Part shown: positions 36,245 to 48,634 of the stretch, one piece after another
How positions within the stretch are numbered: position 1 is the stretch's first letter
Layout: every line of letters begins with the position of its first letter
Assembly: GCA_951804945.1 (NCBI GenBank)
Contig: OX638156.1
Span: forward strand, 37,200,001-37,264,000
Source of the DNA: Podarcis cretensis
Lineage: Eukaryota
Direction of reading: 5' to 3'
DNA: 64,000 nucleotides
The notes under the pieces: model-generated
Seen by the model: the letters and a program-made list of their open reading frames with translations, nothing else
What the model was told of the DNA's origin: nothing
Databases searched by the model: none
Translations under genes and position numbers: made by a program

Positions 36245-36290
<46 letters not shown>
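35922..36290 (+). mobile_element. L2 LINE 3' end with (TTA)n tail
   Basis: RVFSVVAPALWNALP ORF end, aagccgcccagag...gggcggggtataaat stem, long (ATT)n tail. Confidence 0.92.
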
Positions 36291-36393
36291 GATGGCTGTT
36301 TACCACCTTCTTCACCAGAAGTTGTGTGAAAGGGTCCTCGCCTTCAAGAACCCCCCTTGGGGACTTTCCATGGGCAGATGGAGGGGGCTCAGC

Positions 36394-36654
36394 AAGAAGA
36401 AGAGAAGAAGAAGAAGAAGAGTTTGGATTTGGTATCCTACTTTTTCACTACCCGAAGGAGTCTCAAAGTGGCTAACATTCTCCTTTCCCTTCCTCCCCTA
36501 AAACAAAAACCCTGTGAGGTGAGTGGGGCTGAGAGACTTCAGAGAAGTGTGACTGGCCCAAGGTCACCCAGCACCTGCATGTGGAGGAGCGGAGACACGA
36601 ACCCAGTGCCCCAGATTACAAGTCTACCGCTCTTAACCACTACACCACACTGGC
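36394..36654 (-). mobile_element. tRNA-derived SINE (Squam3-like) with (CTT)n tail
   Basis: Minus strand gccagtgtggtgtagtggttaagagc A-box, gggttcg B-box, ctgggtgaccttgggc core, TTC-repeat tail. Confidence 0.85.
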
Positions 36655-36924
36655 CTTTGGCCACTTCTTATGTTCTTAAGCCCCCATAGACTGTTGTGTA
36701 CCCTCCTACATCTACCCCAGATGTGCAGGGATCTCTTAGGTTGTTCCATGGCCAAGCAGCAGAGCTCTGCTGAAGGCACACCCAGCCTGTTGTCAGAGGT
36801 GTGCACAGGAAGCAAGAGAGGATGGCATAAAGGGAACCAGCTGGATCAGGCCCAAAGAAGCCCATCTAATTCAGCATCCAGTTCTCACAATGTCCAACCA
36901 GATGCCCCAATGAGACGCCAACAA

Positions 36925-37062
36925 AACCCTTCACTGGCGGTTTTAAAGCAGAGGTTGAGTGGCCACCTGTCATGGATGCTTTAGTTGAGATTTCTGCATT
37001 GCAGGGGGTTGGACTAGATGACCCTCGGGATCCCTTCCAACTGTACAATTCTATGATTCTAT
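36925..37062 (+). mobile_element. CR1 3' end
   Basis: gggggttggactagatgacc...cccttccaac...attctatgattct. Confidence 0.85.
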
Positions 37063-37226
37063 AATTTTATGAGTGAAGAGCCTTGGGCAAATGTGGTAGC
37101 CTCTGCTTAAGATGTTAAGTCCTTCCCTGCCCCACTTGACCCAGCTTTGCCTTCCCAGTTGTGGTTGGTTTATGTCCCAGGCAGAAACACACACAGCTCC
37201 TCACCTGGATCTCAGGTAACAGCCAG

Positions 37227-37413
37227 CTTCACCTGACATCTTCGAAGTTATCCTCGTGATGCCCAATTTTCTTAGGTTTTTCTTGTGTTGCCACTATTTC
37301 TATCCACCTTAAAAGGCAGCAATACTTCCAAAGTAGATAGAAATAGTGGCAACAGAAGAAAAACATAAGAAAATTGGTCATCACGAGGATAACTTCGAAG
37401 ATGTCAGGTGAAG
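37227..37413. repeat. Long near-perfect inverted repeat (arms about 83 bp, loop about 20 nt)
   Basis: cttcacctgacatcttcgaagttatcctcgtgatg... pairs with ...catcacgaggataacttcgaagatgtcaggtgaag; about 5 mismatches. Confidence 0.97.
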
Positions 37414-38247
37414 AATAATTGAACTCAATAGTATTTAGTGCTCCAGAAAACAATTGCGGCCAGGCAGCCCCTCCCCCCATCTGATTCATGTCTAGTTCAT
37501 GTTTAACAAAACAAGGCTAAGGGTCATGCAGTCTGGAGTCCCATAAATAACCCGCTAATGGGATTTCCAAACAAGCTGTCCCCCAAAATGGTTTTCCGTC
37601 TCACAGAGAGAATATTAAAATGCAAATGGATGCGGGCCATGTCCTCATAAACAACCATGTTCATTTAACCCCTGACCTCGCCATTTAGCTGCCCATCCTG
37701 GCAATTTGTATGGTGTTGGCTATTGCATGTCACTCCAAAGTGTGAGCTGGGAAGAGCAATGTGCCCAGGGAAGCCGTTACCAGCCGCACAGCTCCGTTTA
37801 TCATGCTGGGGGGAAGGGGAACTAGCCCTTCCGGAGGCAGGCAGCTGTCCTTTGAAAGCTGCTCTCCCCAGCATCCCTCTTCCATTATCCCTACTTAACT
37901 GATGACATTTTTCAGCTGAGCGGAAAGCAAACTCAGGCAAGAGCCAAGGCAAGTGTGTCTGGAGAAACTTATTTACTCCTCGCCTCAATTTTGCCTCTGC
38001 CTGCTGGCAACACAGAGATGTGGAGCTGTCTTCCAGCTGAGCTCCCCTGAGTGATGTTACCCTGCTCTCTCGAGTGCCCGTACTTCTTGCAAGCTCCAGC
38101 TGGTGGGAATTGGCTGGGTCATTCCATGGGGTGGCTAACACCTCGCTACAGGAGGGGTGGGGCAATCCACAATATAGGTGCACCCCCTTCTTAAGATGAC
38201 CTCCCTGCAACCAGGAGATTGCAAAAACTCCTGCCCGGTTGCAAACA

Positions 38248-39515
38248 TCAGTATCGGTATCAAGCTTTACTTCAGTTACAGAGCAGCATAAGATAAAACA
38301 TACGGATAAACTAAACACATAAGACTTAAAGCAGGAAAGGAATAAAAACTAGTAATTATAAGGTGATTATATCATACATACTTAAAAAGATAGAAACAGC
38401 GACAAACAGTTAAAAGCAGCTATAAGGGAGGAAGCGTGAAGGAGCACAGTTCTTGCATTCTGGGCCTTGTTTGTGGCACAAACCAACCTTCGACAAATAT
38501 CCATCATGGCGGCGCAGAATTTAGCAACTGAGTATGTAACGTCTGGGTTTTCACCTTGAAGTAGCAGGGAGGTATAGAGTTGTTCTGTGCTACCTGGGAA
38601 TTTATGCAGTATAGGAAAGATGAACCTGGCTCTTATATCTGTATAGTATCAGCAGTGAAAAGAGACATGTCCTGTTGTTTCCAGTTGCCCAGAGCGACAC
38701 AGGCATTTCCTCTCCTTTTATGATGTCTTCCTAAAGTGGCCTTCCTGGATGGCTGAAGGGAGGGACTGGCAGTGGGCCAGAGTAAAAGCCCTTCACTGTT
38801 TTGGAATTTCAAGGTTGGTTATATATGGCATCTTTTGGTCTTTTGGTTTCATTGATTAAAAATTTCAGGGACCTGGCTAGATCTGCTTGGGGTTCGATAT
38901 CTTCCACGCTCAGTTTGATGGATTTTTTTTGGCTTGTTCATCCCCATTGAGTAGGAACTGTGGGGTGAAGCCTAGAGGTGTTATTATGTTTATCACTGCA
39001 CGTTTCCATGTTGTTTGGAAACCATCCTTAATAAAGGGAGCAAGGCCATTCAGGAGGAAGGGTAGTCTCAGCCAGTAATTTAGTGTGGCGAGCCATACTC
39101 TAACTTTGATTCTTACAAATCCAGTTTCGAGACGTATGGTAGCATTGGAGATGTGTTTAGGCACCTGTAGGGCTGATCTTAAGAATTTAGATTGTACCAG
39201 TTCTAATGGTGTAAAATTGGCAAGGGGACTTAACTGGGCACCATATACAAGCTGCACAATGGATTTGAGGGCTGCAGATGTATATTGTCTGCCTTTAGCT
39301 CTGAGGTACCTGAGTATTGCATTTACGCTTCTCTGGGCATTTCCTGCAACATAATCCCCGTGGGCTTTTCTTCTTCCCAAGGAATGAGGGATTAAACCCA
39401 AATATTTAAAGAAGGTGACCTGCTCAATCTTATGGCCATCAATGTACCATGAGCAAGGTTTGGGCCTTTTGGCAAAGACCACGATTTTGGTTTTCTGATA
39501 ATTTAGTTCTAGTTT
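38248..39515 (-). mobile_element. RTE-X-like LINE 3' fragment
   Basis: Minus ORF LELNYQKTKIVVF...IEQVTFFKYLG...LVYG...LELVQSKFLRSAL...RLETG; 3' end with a short GATAC(C/T) repeat tail. Confidence 0.7.
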
Positions 39516-39519
39516 GCTC

Positions 39520-39625
39520 TCCTTGCAAGGTGCTTGAGAGGATGGTGGCTTTGGAACTTCAAGGGTGCTTGAAGGACTCTCATGATCTCGATTCATTTCA
39601 GTCCAGCTTCAGGCCAGGTTTTATC
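39520..39625 (+). mobile_element. L2 RT fragment
   Basis: KVLERMVA...LDSFQSSFRPGF. Confidence 0.75.
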
Positions 39626-40074
39626 ACAGTCGAGCAGCCACAAGCACCCCATGACATATCCTAGGGCTCCTTGCAGATGGTAAGCAGTTAAATCCTTCCA
39701 GGTCATCAATGAAGGCAGACTACACATAACACTTCTTTTGCCCGGCATGCACACAAGGCTACCCAGAGAAGCCAGGAGATGCACTGTGATCAGAACAACC
39801 CGCCGTTCTCTGCAGCTCAAACAGGAAGTCCCAGACATGGGGAGAATCCTCAGTTTGACATCCAACTTTTGGAACAAGGCCAGGATGGAGCTCTGAGAGA
39901 GCCTCCAATTCATACCACATCATGGCGGCCAAGCATTCCTGGCACTCTTTTCCTGGCATTGTGGGTCTTCATTTCTTTCTTTTGCAGCTCCTCACATCCA
40001 TCTTTTGCTATACACCTCTTTAGCTTCTCTTGTTTGCTAACCCTTGCTTGCTTGCTTCATCCTTTCTTCATTCC

Positions 40075-40445
40075 TTCATCCACAAAAGCCCTGCTGTTAG
40101 TTTTAGATCATTCATCAGTCACATGAGTGGCTGTCCCCTCAGACTTTTGACATTGTACACTCGCCATACTAACACTGCTTTATTTCATCGGCCTGAGTCA
40201 TCTCTTGCCGCATGTCCTGCTTATGTCCATGTTAACAACCCTTTCCACTACATCCCTAACTTTTGATCTTTGTTGTATCCAATTTTTAGTTTTTCTATCT
40301 TTTAATGATATTCCTAGCACTGCACATTCCATGGCGTGTTGTATTGTTCTTAAGCTTTTCATATTTCTCTGTATCATGGTCCAGTTCTTCGCTCCATAAA
40401 ACACCACAGGCAATATACACATATTGAATACTTTAGCTTTCAAAT
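40075..40445 (-). mobile_element. RTE-clade LINE ORF C-terminal fragment
   Basis: KAKVFNMCILPVVFYGAKNWT...QHAMECAVLGISLKDR...AGHAAR, the post-RT domain of RTE. Confidence 0.85.
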
Positions 40446-41174
40446 CTAAGCATCATGGCTAGGCCAGTATAAACACTAGACTGGCACAACTGAGATATCA
40501 TACCGGTCCAACATATCTTAAGGACTGGTCTGTATAGCAATACTCCTGGTGCAAAAATTATATTAAAGTGGCCTAGACATGTCCATTTAGTCGGCTCCAC
40601 GATACTAAGCTTCAGAATACTGTGGCTTCTGCAAATGTCACCTACAGAGTGAATAACTTAAAACTTGGCAGACATTATGTACCTGATGAGGACTGTGAAT
40701 GTGCCAAATTTCAAACTGATTTCCACAGCTACAGCCAGCTAACAAGTGCAAAAATAAACTGAGCACATTTACCGAGTTCAATATTTATATCATATCATAC
40801 CCTTCTTTCCAATTTCAGTGAAAACTATTGATGTCCTTTGGATTCAGTCTTGTCAAGGATGGGACTCTTTCATTGATTTGGTGATATTCTGGGCAGCAGC
40901 TCAAAAGTTACTAAGCTTCTTCCTGCCCAATTAAAGCCTATGGTAGTAACTACTGGCATAATAATACAGTGCACACATTCTCCAGTTTTGAAGTGAGAAT
41001 TCTGCCAGTATGCCAGTGTTTGGAGATGGAGTCACCTAGTGGATGCTATATGCAGTGATAATTCCTTTAGTTATGGGATATGACAGTGCTATGCAGTGGT
41101 CACCCATCTTTTTGATCCAGTGGGCACATTTGGAAGCCCAAGAGTCTGAATTAGTATGTAGTACCTCCATCATG

Positions 41175-41540
41175 GGGACGCAGGTGGCGCTGTGGGTAAA
41201 AGCCTCAGCGCCTAGGGCTTGCCGATCGAAAGGTCGGCGGTTCAAATCCCTGCGGGGGGGTGCGCTCCCGCTGCTCGGTCCCAGCGCCTGCCAACCTAGC
41301 AGTTCGAAAGCACCTCCGGGTGCAAGTAGATAAATAGGGACCGCTTACCAGCGGGAAGGTAAACGGCGTTTCCGTGTGCGGCTCTGGCTCGCCAGATGCA
41401 GCTTTGTCACGCTGGCCACGTGACCCGGAAGTGTCTCCGGACAGCGCTGGCTCCTGGCCTCTTAAGTGAGATGGGCGCACAACCCCAGAGTCTGTCAAGA
41501 CTGGCCCGTACGGGCAGGGGTACCTTTACCTTTTTACCTT
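41175..41540 (+). mobile_element. Sauria SINE (young, full length)
   Basis: CpG-rich body; 13-bp TSD TACCTCCATCATG at 41162-74 and 41541-53. Confidence 0.96.
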
Positions 41541-42224
41541 TACCTCCATCATGAGGCAGGATGTCTCTCAATTCCAGTTGCTGGGACTCACAAGTGGGTA
41601 GTGTGCTCATGCTGGCTTTCCCGTAATTGGAAAACAGAATGGTGAGCTAGATGGGTTTTCAGTCTGATTCAGACTCTTCTAATGTTTTTATGCCATAGTT
41701 AACACCCACACCCACACACCTTGGGGTATGTGACATGTGTCTCTCCTGGGAGTGACGGGATGGCTTGGGTGCCCACAGGCTCCATGCTGCCCCAAATAGT
41801 CCGCCCACTGCCTCCCCCTCAGCTGCAGGGCAGCTGAGTGGGAGGAGGCAGGCAGACTCCTCAGAGGCCCCACAGAGTGTCCTGCCCCGCCTGGCTCTGT
41901 TCCAACAGCCAGCTGGCCCCACCCCTGGGTACAGGGCACGCACACCGCCCCAGGCACCCGATCGGCTTGCTCCATTGCTGGGAATAGGTTTCTTCATTAT
42001 TCATATTCCAGTGCCTTTCATTTCATGTATTTCTTTTATTTCAGGCCTTTGCTTCTCCCCCCTCCAAAAGGTGTTCATTAGGACTTACACAGAATATCAA
42101 GTTAAACATCTGAGCTCAAAAACATTACCTCGCGTATCTTTTTTGTTCCATGTGTGTGTGTGTGAAGCCAAGATGTGATGTAATGGAAGAGGGTGATGAA
42201 CCCTTCCACTTATTTGTTTTATTA

Positions 42225-42530
42225 AAACCTTGAACTTGGCCTGGTAACAAATCAACAGCTGGTGCAATAATATGCTGCTTGGATGCATGGTGCACTAACT
42301 GCAGTTTCTGGAATATGACCACAAGCATCGCAGCAACACAGTCTTGAAGACACCAAGCCCTGGACTGCTGTGGTCAAGCTCCTCCAGCCCAGGAACAGTT
42401 GCAGCTGCCACATTAGACAAAGCTGGTAAAATATGTTCCCAGCCATCAAGGCCACCTGGGCCTCCAGTGACAAACCTGCATCCAGGATCATCCCCAGACT
42501 GCTCACCTGCTCCTGCAGAGGGAGTGTAAC
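42225..42530 (-). mobile_element. L2 RT remnant
   Basis: SLGMILDAGLSLEAQV...FYQL...LVSSRL. Confidence 0.8.
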
Positions 42531-42539
42531 CTACCTGGG

Positions 42540-42760
42540 GTAGAGTATTTGAAGATGGCTATTTTGCCACCTCTCAGTCTTCTCTTCTCCAAGTGAAACA
42601 TGCCCAACTCTGTCAAGCATTCCTTGCAAGGCTTGGTTTCCAGACCCTTGATAATCTGGTCACCTTCCTCTGCACACATTCCAGCTTGTCAATATCCTTC
42701 TGAAATTGTGGTGCCCACAAGCCCAGCAAGATACACCTTAGCACCATCCCGTGACAAAAC
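42540..42760 (-). mobile_element. CR1 RT-end fragment
   Basis: [20 protein letters not shown] on the minus strand. Confidence 0.85.
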
Positions 42761-43369
42761 CACATGCAGTGCAGGAGTTTAGAGGCAAAGATGGTCAACT
42801 AGGGCCAAAATGTGGTAAGCACATCTTTCGCCCTTCCTCCAAAAGCAGCTCAGTGACAATACAATTTAAACATCTACAGACAATTCCAATACAGGTACAA
42901 GCTGGGAATGATTTCTACCCAAAAGGCTTGTTGGAAGGTCTTCAGTAGTAGTAGTAGAGCTGACACCTTTATCATATTTAAAGAAGGGGGATTCTAAAGG
43001 GCAGCTCCCACAACACTAAAGCCAGTTTCTTACATTGTGATGAATGGAAATCCTCATAAGATGGTATCTGCAGGGCACCCTCACCTTCAGAGCACAGTGA
43101 TCAACTGGGAATATAAGCAGTGAGATGATCTTTAAGGTACCTTGGTCTCTAGCTGTATAGGGCTTTATATCCCCAAACCAGCCCCTTAAACTTCATCTCT
43201 GTTCATTTGATTGTTGACACTCTCAAAGTGTCCATAGGACACTTCCATAGGAAGTTAGTGAGATAGGACTTAACCTTGCAGAAGCCATGCTGAAGCCACC
43301 AAAACTTGTTCTTCTAGTTTATTAAATGTTTTCCACTTATTTCGCTGCTTACAAATGCTAATGGGTCAG

Positions 43370-43660
43370 TGGTATATAGAGACTGTTCTTAAGGGAAAGT
43401 CACACATTTTTAAAAACAATTTCACATTTGAGTTATTTAAGATTATTGGGTGGATGTTACCCAGACCCAGCAATTTGTCTGTATTTATTTTGTTTATTAG
43501 GCCTGCAACTTTCTCTCTTGCTCCCACTATTTGTCTCCCAAGCATTTTGACTTTGCCTTTCAACTTTATCTCATTTATGGCCTCATTTTTTGGGGTGGTG
43601 GAATTCCCTCTTTCGAAATCAAATGTGACTCTTCCTGCTCTATAATTCTGCCTCATGACA
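43370..43660 (-). mobile_element. CR1 ORF2 remnant
   Basis: INTDKLLGLGNIHPIIL, compare KSPGPDGIHPRVL. Confidence 0.6.
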
Positions 43661-43708
43661 ATTTTTCAGTACATATGGGAGAATGGAAACGAGTTAATCC
43701 ATGGTCGT

Positions 43709-43710
43709 TC

Positions 43711-43750
<40 letters not shown>
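43709..43750. repeat. (TC)n microsatellite
   Basis: Read directly. Confidence 0.95.
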
Positions 43751-43754
<4 letters not shown>

Positions 43755-44177
43755 CAACCTGCTGCTTTTGAAAAGTCTTGTCATTCCCACTTTTGACCCC
43801 AAAGGGAGTCACTGCCTTTCCTGGCTACCTGGAAAGCCAAGGAGCCATGGACACATTGTTGGCTTCGGGTGACATTCCTGCCATTTGCGGGGGGGGGGGG
43901 GTGCCAGCATCAAACGAACATTTTATTTTTATTTTTATTTTTTGGTCACCGCAGAACAGAGATGGAAACTTGGTCCGAACTCCTGAAAGCAGAGGCATTA
44001 AGGTTGCCATTGGGTGAATCCAGTGCATTTGTCGCTGCTAATTATTATGGACAAGCTGCTTTATTGAACCACATCCTCTTATCGACATTAGGATGCATGA
44101 GCTGAAGCTGTTGTTTTAAACGCACTCATTAACCACACAAATCTGCCCTGTTGACAGAGCACTTTTGAATTAAGCCC

Positions 44178-44333
44178 NNNNNNNNNNNNNNNNNNNNNNN
44201 NNNNNNNNNNNNNNNNNNNNNNNNNNNNNNNNNNNNNNNNNNNNNNNNNNNNNNNNNNNNNNNNNNNNNNNNNNNNNNNNNNNNNNNNNNNNNNNNNNNN
44301 NNNNNNNNNNNNNNNNNNNNNNNNNNNNNNNNN
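44178..44333. other. Assembly gap (156 N)
   Basis: Run of N. Confidence 1.
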
Positions 44334-45954
44334 TGATGGCTCCGAGAAATGTACAGTAAGTGCGTTTTGGGGAGAAATAATGATGTTGCAACACCTTTCA
44401 CTGGAAAATGCTCTCAGTACAGAACTTAACTTTTAATAACCTTAATTTAATATAATTTATTTTTTTTAAAAAATAACCCTTTAATTTTGCTTTGGAGATC
44501 TTTCAGCAAATTGTTTGGCCTGCAGATTAACTCTTGGAATGCCACGAAAGAAAACTGGCACCCCTGGCCAGATGTCTCCTCAGCCCAACAAAGCTGGGTG
44601 CTCTGAAGAGCCTTCTTCTTAACAGCCCCAGCTCCTATCCAAGTACTGGGCTTCCTCCCATCTGTTCCCAGGTCTCATGCAATAGGAAACTCCGTCCCTG
44701 ACAAACTGGATGGTGTGCAGAGGAGTGTGACCAAGATGCTCACAGGTCTGGAAACCAAGCTTTAGGAGAAATGGCTGAGGGAATATTAGCCCCTCTGCCT
44801 TGCTCTGGTGGATAGAGGCTGTGATAAATTTGTGGCAAATAAACAAGTTTTCCTCACCTCCACCACCTCAAGGAGGTGCTACTGCCAGAAACTGTCTGGC
44901 CTGAGTCAAAGACCTCCCCCCAATCTGCATGATACTGTCCCCCTCTCATGGTGAACCCCTGAGACTCCCAGCTGGCTTGTCACTTAAGCAGTAAACGGTT
45001 CCTGGGCTTTGGACTGACTCCACTAACCCACCTAAGCTGGTTGCTGAGTTTCCCTGGCAAGCTGTTTCCCCTGTTCAAAGGCATTGCTGTACCTCATTGC
45101 CACTGAAAATATTTATCCTTGTGGGCACTTTTCAATAGCCTACACATTTGCATTCCCATTATTCAGCTTGAGAGCTGCATTGCAAAATTCAGGCAAGTGC
45201 AAATTTCAAGGGGTGCTTTCTGTTCAGGAATTGTTTTGTAAGGTGTGAATTAAAGGTGAACCTTTGGGAGAGCATTTGCAACCCAGAAAAAACTGCAGTG
45301 GGTTCCACACCCAGCTAAGCACACTTTGCAGCATGTTCTATTGACACCACAGGGGAGACTTCTGCAAGCACACACACACCCCTTGGGCACCACGTTGGCA
45401 CCAAATCCTCAGATTTGTCTTTAAAAGCAAAGGATAATGGAGTCCACTAAAAAAGATTTTTAAAAAATCCTGTTGGGGGTCTTAACAAGTTTTGTTTTGT
45501 GCTCGTGCACTGATTTTACACAGGCTTTCTTTCCCCCCTTTCACGTCAATACACCTGTGTAAATTAGGATTGTTTTGAACCTCCTGACAAGTCATTAATG
45601 GAATTGTGTTGGAGGATGTTGTGGAAATGAGGCCCCTAGAGTGAGAGGGTGGGGAAAGGGGGGAATGGAAGGTTCAGCTCTCATGTCTGTACATTTTAAA
45701 TTCAGGAGTCAAAACTCCTATGCTTCTTGTTCATTTCTGACTTAGGATGGGCTGTGTGGCTGAAGTTGCGCTAGTTTGCTCCATGTTTGCACCAATAAAG
45801 GTCCAGTAACCTGCATGGCATGCTTGGATAACATGTAAACATCATTATACATTGTTGGTTTGTGTAAGTGATAAGAGAGTTAATAGCAAGCGTTGTGATA
45901 TTGTATATTAGCCTTATTGCTAGATGCAGGAGCAATGAACAGTGGAGTATAGCA

Positions 45955-46260
45955 TGGCTGCAGTCCTGTGTACCCTCACATGAAAGCCAGCTCCACAGAA
46001 CACAGTGAGACTTACTTCTGAGTAAAAATGTGTATGGTTTTTTGTTAGCAATTGCAGCTAAGTCACACCATCAGTATACTTAATCATTACATATCATGGC
46101 AAAATACATCACTCCAACAGAGAAGGCAGCAAATATTACCTTCAGGAATGAAGTTGTCGCATTGAGCCCATTCCAATGCTTATTTACTTGGAAGCAAGTA
46201 AGCCCTGCTGAATGCAGTTGGATTTACTCCCAAGAAAGCATCTATTGGATGGCAGTCTTG
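45955..46260. repeat. Two short degenerate palindromic repeats (MITE-like)
   Basis: tttacttggaag..gtaagcc...gatttactcccaag-type hairpins at about 45955-46040 and 46163-46258; another starts at about 63945. Confidence 0.5.
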
Positions 46261-47849
46261 GGATTCTCCACTTTTCCTACTGGTTCTGTCACCAGCTTCA
46301 GCTTGATATGAAGAAATGAAGCTAGGCATCAGTATTAAGGAAAGCAGCTTTGAGCCTGAGCTTCTGTACACCTGCTTAGAAAGAGATTTATTCCCCGAAG
46401 TGGATTTTTCAATGGGAATGGCTTGGATTTCCCTCTTTTTCTGGAGAGTCACGAGGTGGGGGTGGGCCACAGCAGAACAGCCAACAGCATGAGTCTAGAA
46501 TTATAATCTAGTATGGGAGGAAATTAGAGAGGAACAGGTGCTGTAAGATGCTGCCAGCCTCACAGTTTGGGTACAAGGCGGTGATAGCTGCCTCCACTCT
46601 CTGCACCATCTAAGAGATTGCCAAGATTTTGGACTTAATTTTGCAAAGGGTCTCCATTCCCTCTGCTACTTCCTGGGTGGTCGCAGAAACATATAGATAT
46701 TATCTCATAATTAGCTTTATTTGGGGTTCAGTGAGTATAGAGCTGCATTTTGTTTACTGAACTGATTTATTGTTTATTGAACTGATATTGTTTCTTTTTC
46801 TTTCTTTATTTTATTTAAAAAACTGAAATACAACAGAACAGTAGAACTTGTGCTCCAATGCATTTGGGTCATAAGAAATGTAGTTGGTGTGTGTCCTGGA
46901 GAGAGTTTTGAACCTGGGAGACTAGAGTTCACACACCCACACCCACGCCCACACCCACACACACCCCATTCACAAAGAATAACATAAAAGGACCTTGGAG
47001 GCAAGAGGGGGAAAATACATGCAAGGTCTGGAAATGATGGTCCAGCGACTGAGCACTTCAACCGACAGCCAAGGCTGCAAATTTCCTTGACATCCAGGCT
47101 CAATCCCTAAAGGGAAATATTTAGTGTAATTACGCCACTGGTCTTCTTAATACTTATCACTGAGGGTAGAAATTTATTTATTCTCTGCTCAAAAAATGAA
47201 TAGGAAGAATCTCTTTTTCTTTCTCTTTCCTTCCCTCTCTCTGCCACCTTGACAAATGCTTAGAAGGAGTCTTGCAGCATTAACCCAAGTCAGGAGCATC
47301 AAGATTTCACCATGAAAAAGCAGCAGATTTAAGCAAAATGTTGCCGGCAACTCAGGAATTACCTCTGCAACTCATTGTTTCTTCCAGCCCATTAACACGT
47401 CAGATCCTGGTGGCGCTTTGACATCTAAACATGCCTTGGAGGGCTGCAACTCAATTTAAGACTCTCTTCCTTTATATAGGCCAACCTGCAGATATTCACC
47501 AAACCGGAGTGGAAGTCTCAGGACACCCTTTGATCATGCTGTTTCTTAAATTAAAAACAAAATTGTAAGTGTTAAACATCTTTAACAAGTCATTAAACCA
47601 CAGCCATAATCTGGGAAGGCTCCCTTAATGATTCACAGCATATGTTGGGAAGGCCCTTATCCGCTCACTGCTCCTGGCTGGCAAGAGAAGTTATGGGATG
47701 GAATAGCACCACAGTGTTCAAAAGGGATGCATCATTCTTAATGAGAGGATAATTTGACACTACTCTTCAAAGGACCCTGGAGGAGTTGTCTTCATTAAGC
47801 TTGACTCCAAGAAGTTGTGGTAGCCCAAGCACCTCCCCCCTTGTTGGAA

Positions 47850-48190
47850 GATTCAAGACACATAAAAAGCAGCCCTTCTTTACCCAGCACTATCATTAAA
47901 CTATGGAACTCACTCCCTCAGGAGGCAGCGATGGCCACCAACTTGGATGGCTTTAAAAGAGGATAGGACAGGAAGAGAGGGTTGCCATGACAGCTATGGT
48001 CTGCTTCCACAGTTGGAAGCAGCAATGCTTCTGAATACCAGTTGCTGGAAACCGCAGGAGGGGAGAGGGCTCTTGTGCTTGAGTCCTGCTTGAGTGTTTC
48101 CCACAGGCATCTCAGTTGGCCACCATGAGAACAGGATGCTGGACGAGATGGGCCATGGGTCTGATCCAGCAGGGTCTTGTGTTCTTATGC
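47850..48190 (+). mobile_element. CR1 3' fragment (TTCTTATG tail)
   Basis: ttaaactatggaactcact...ctgatccagcagggtcttgtgttcttatg. Confidence 0.85.
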
Positions 48191-48408
48191 AGCCAGTAGC
48201 AGGAGAAAGAGTAGGGAGGAGCCAGGAGAAGGGTGGTCAATGGGCAGGACTCTTCTCAGCCACCGGAAGAAGTTTCCAGAAGCTGAGAGTGGATGGCTTC
48301 TTATTCCATCTGTTGAACTCCACACTGGAAAGAGTCTGAGCAAGAAGAACGCCACGGTTTTCAGAGAAGCTTCAGAGGCCCACTTATCCACTCACCTTTA
48401 AGAGCAGC

Positions 48409-48634
48409 CAGAGGTGTACCTAAGCTCCCTTGCGCCCTTGGCAAGGAGCTGTATTGCCCACCCCCACTCCCTTGTGCCCTTGGCAAGGAGCTAATAGCAC
48501 TGCTGGCCAACTGGGATGGGGTCCTGCTAGGCTGCTGTGATGGAGCCAGAGTGGAGAGGCATGATTTTTGTGCCCCCTGCTGGGCCTGCTCCCTTGGCGA
48601 GGGCCAACCTAACCAAATCCTAAGTACGGCCCTG
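48409..48634. mobile_element. hAT-type MITE
   Basis: 8-bp TSD AGAGCAGC / AGAGCAGT; CAG...CTG imperfect TIR; repeated cccttggcaaggagct motif. Confidence 0.8.

Noticed and set aside
37227-37413. Penelope-type hammerhead ribozyme
   Set aside because: No CTGANGA...GAAA catalytic core is present in the arms.
37665-38318. 217-aa ORF
   Set aside because: It starts inside a LINE 3' tail and its composition is not protein-like.
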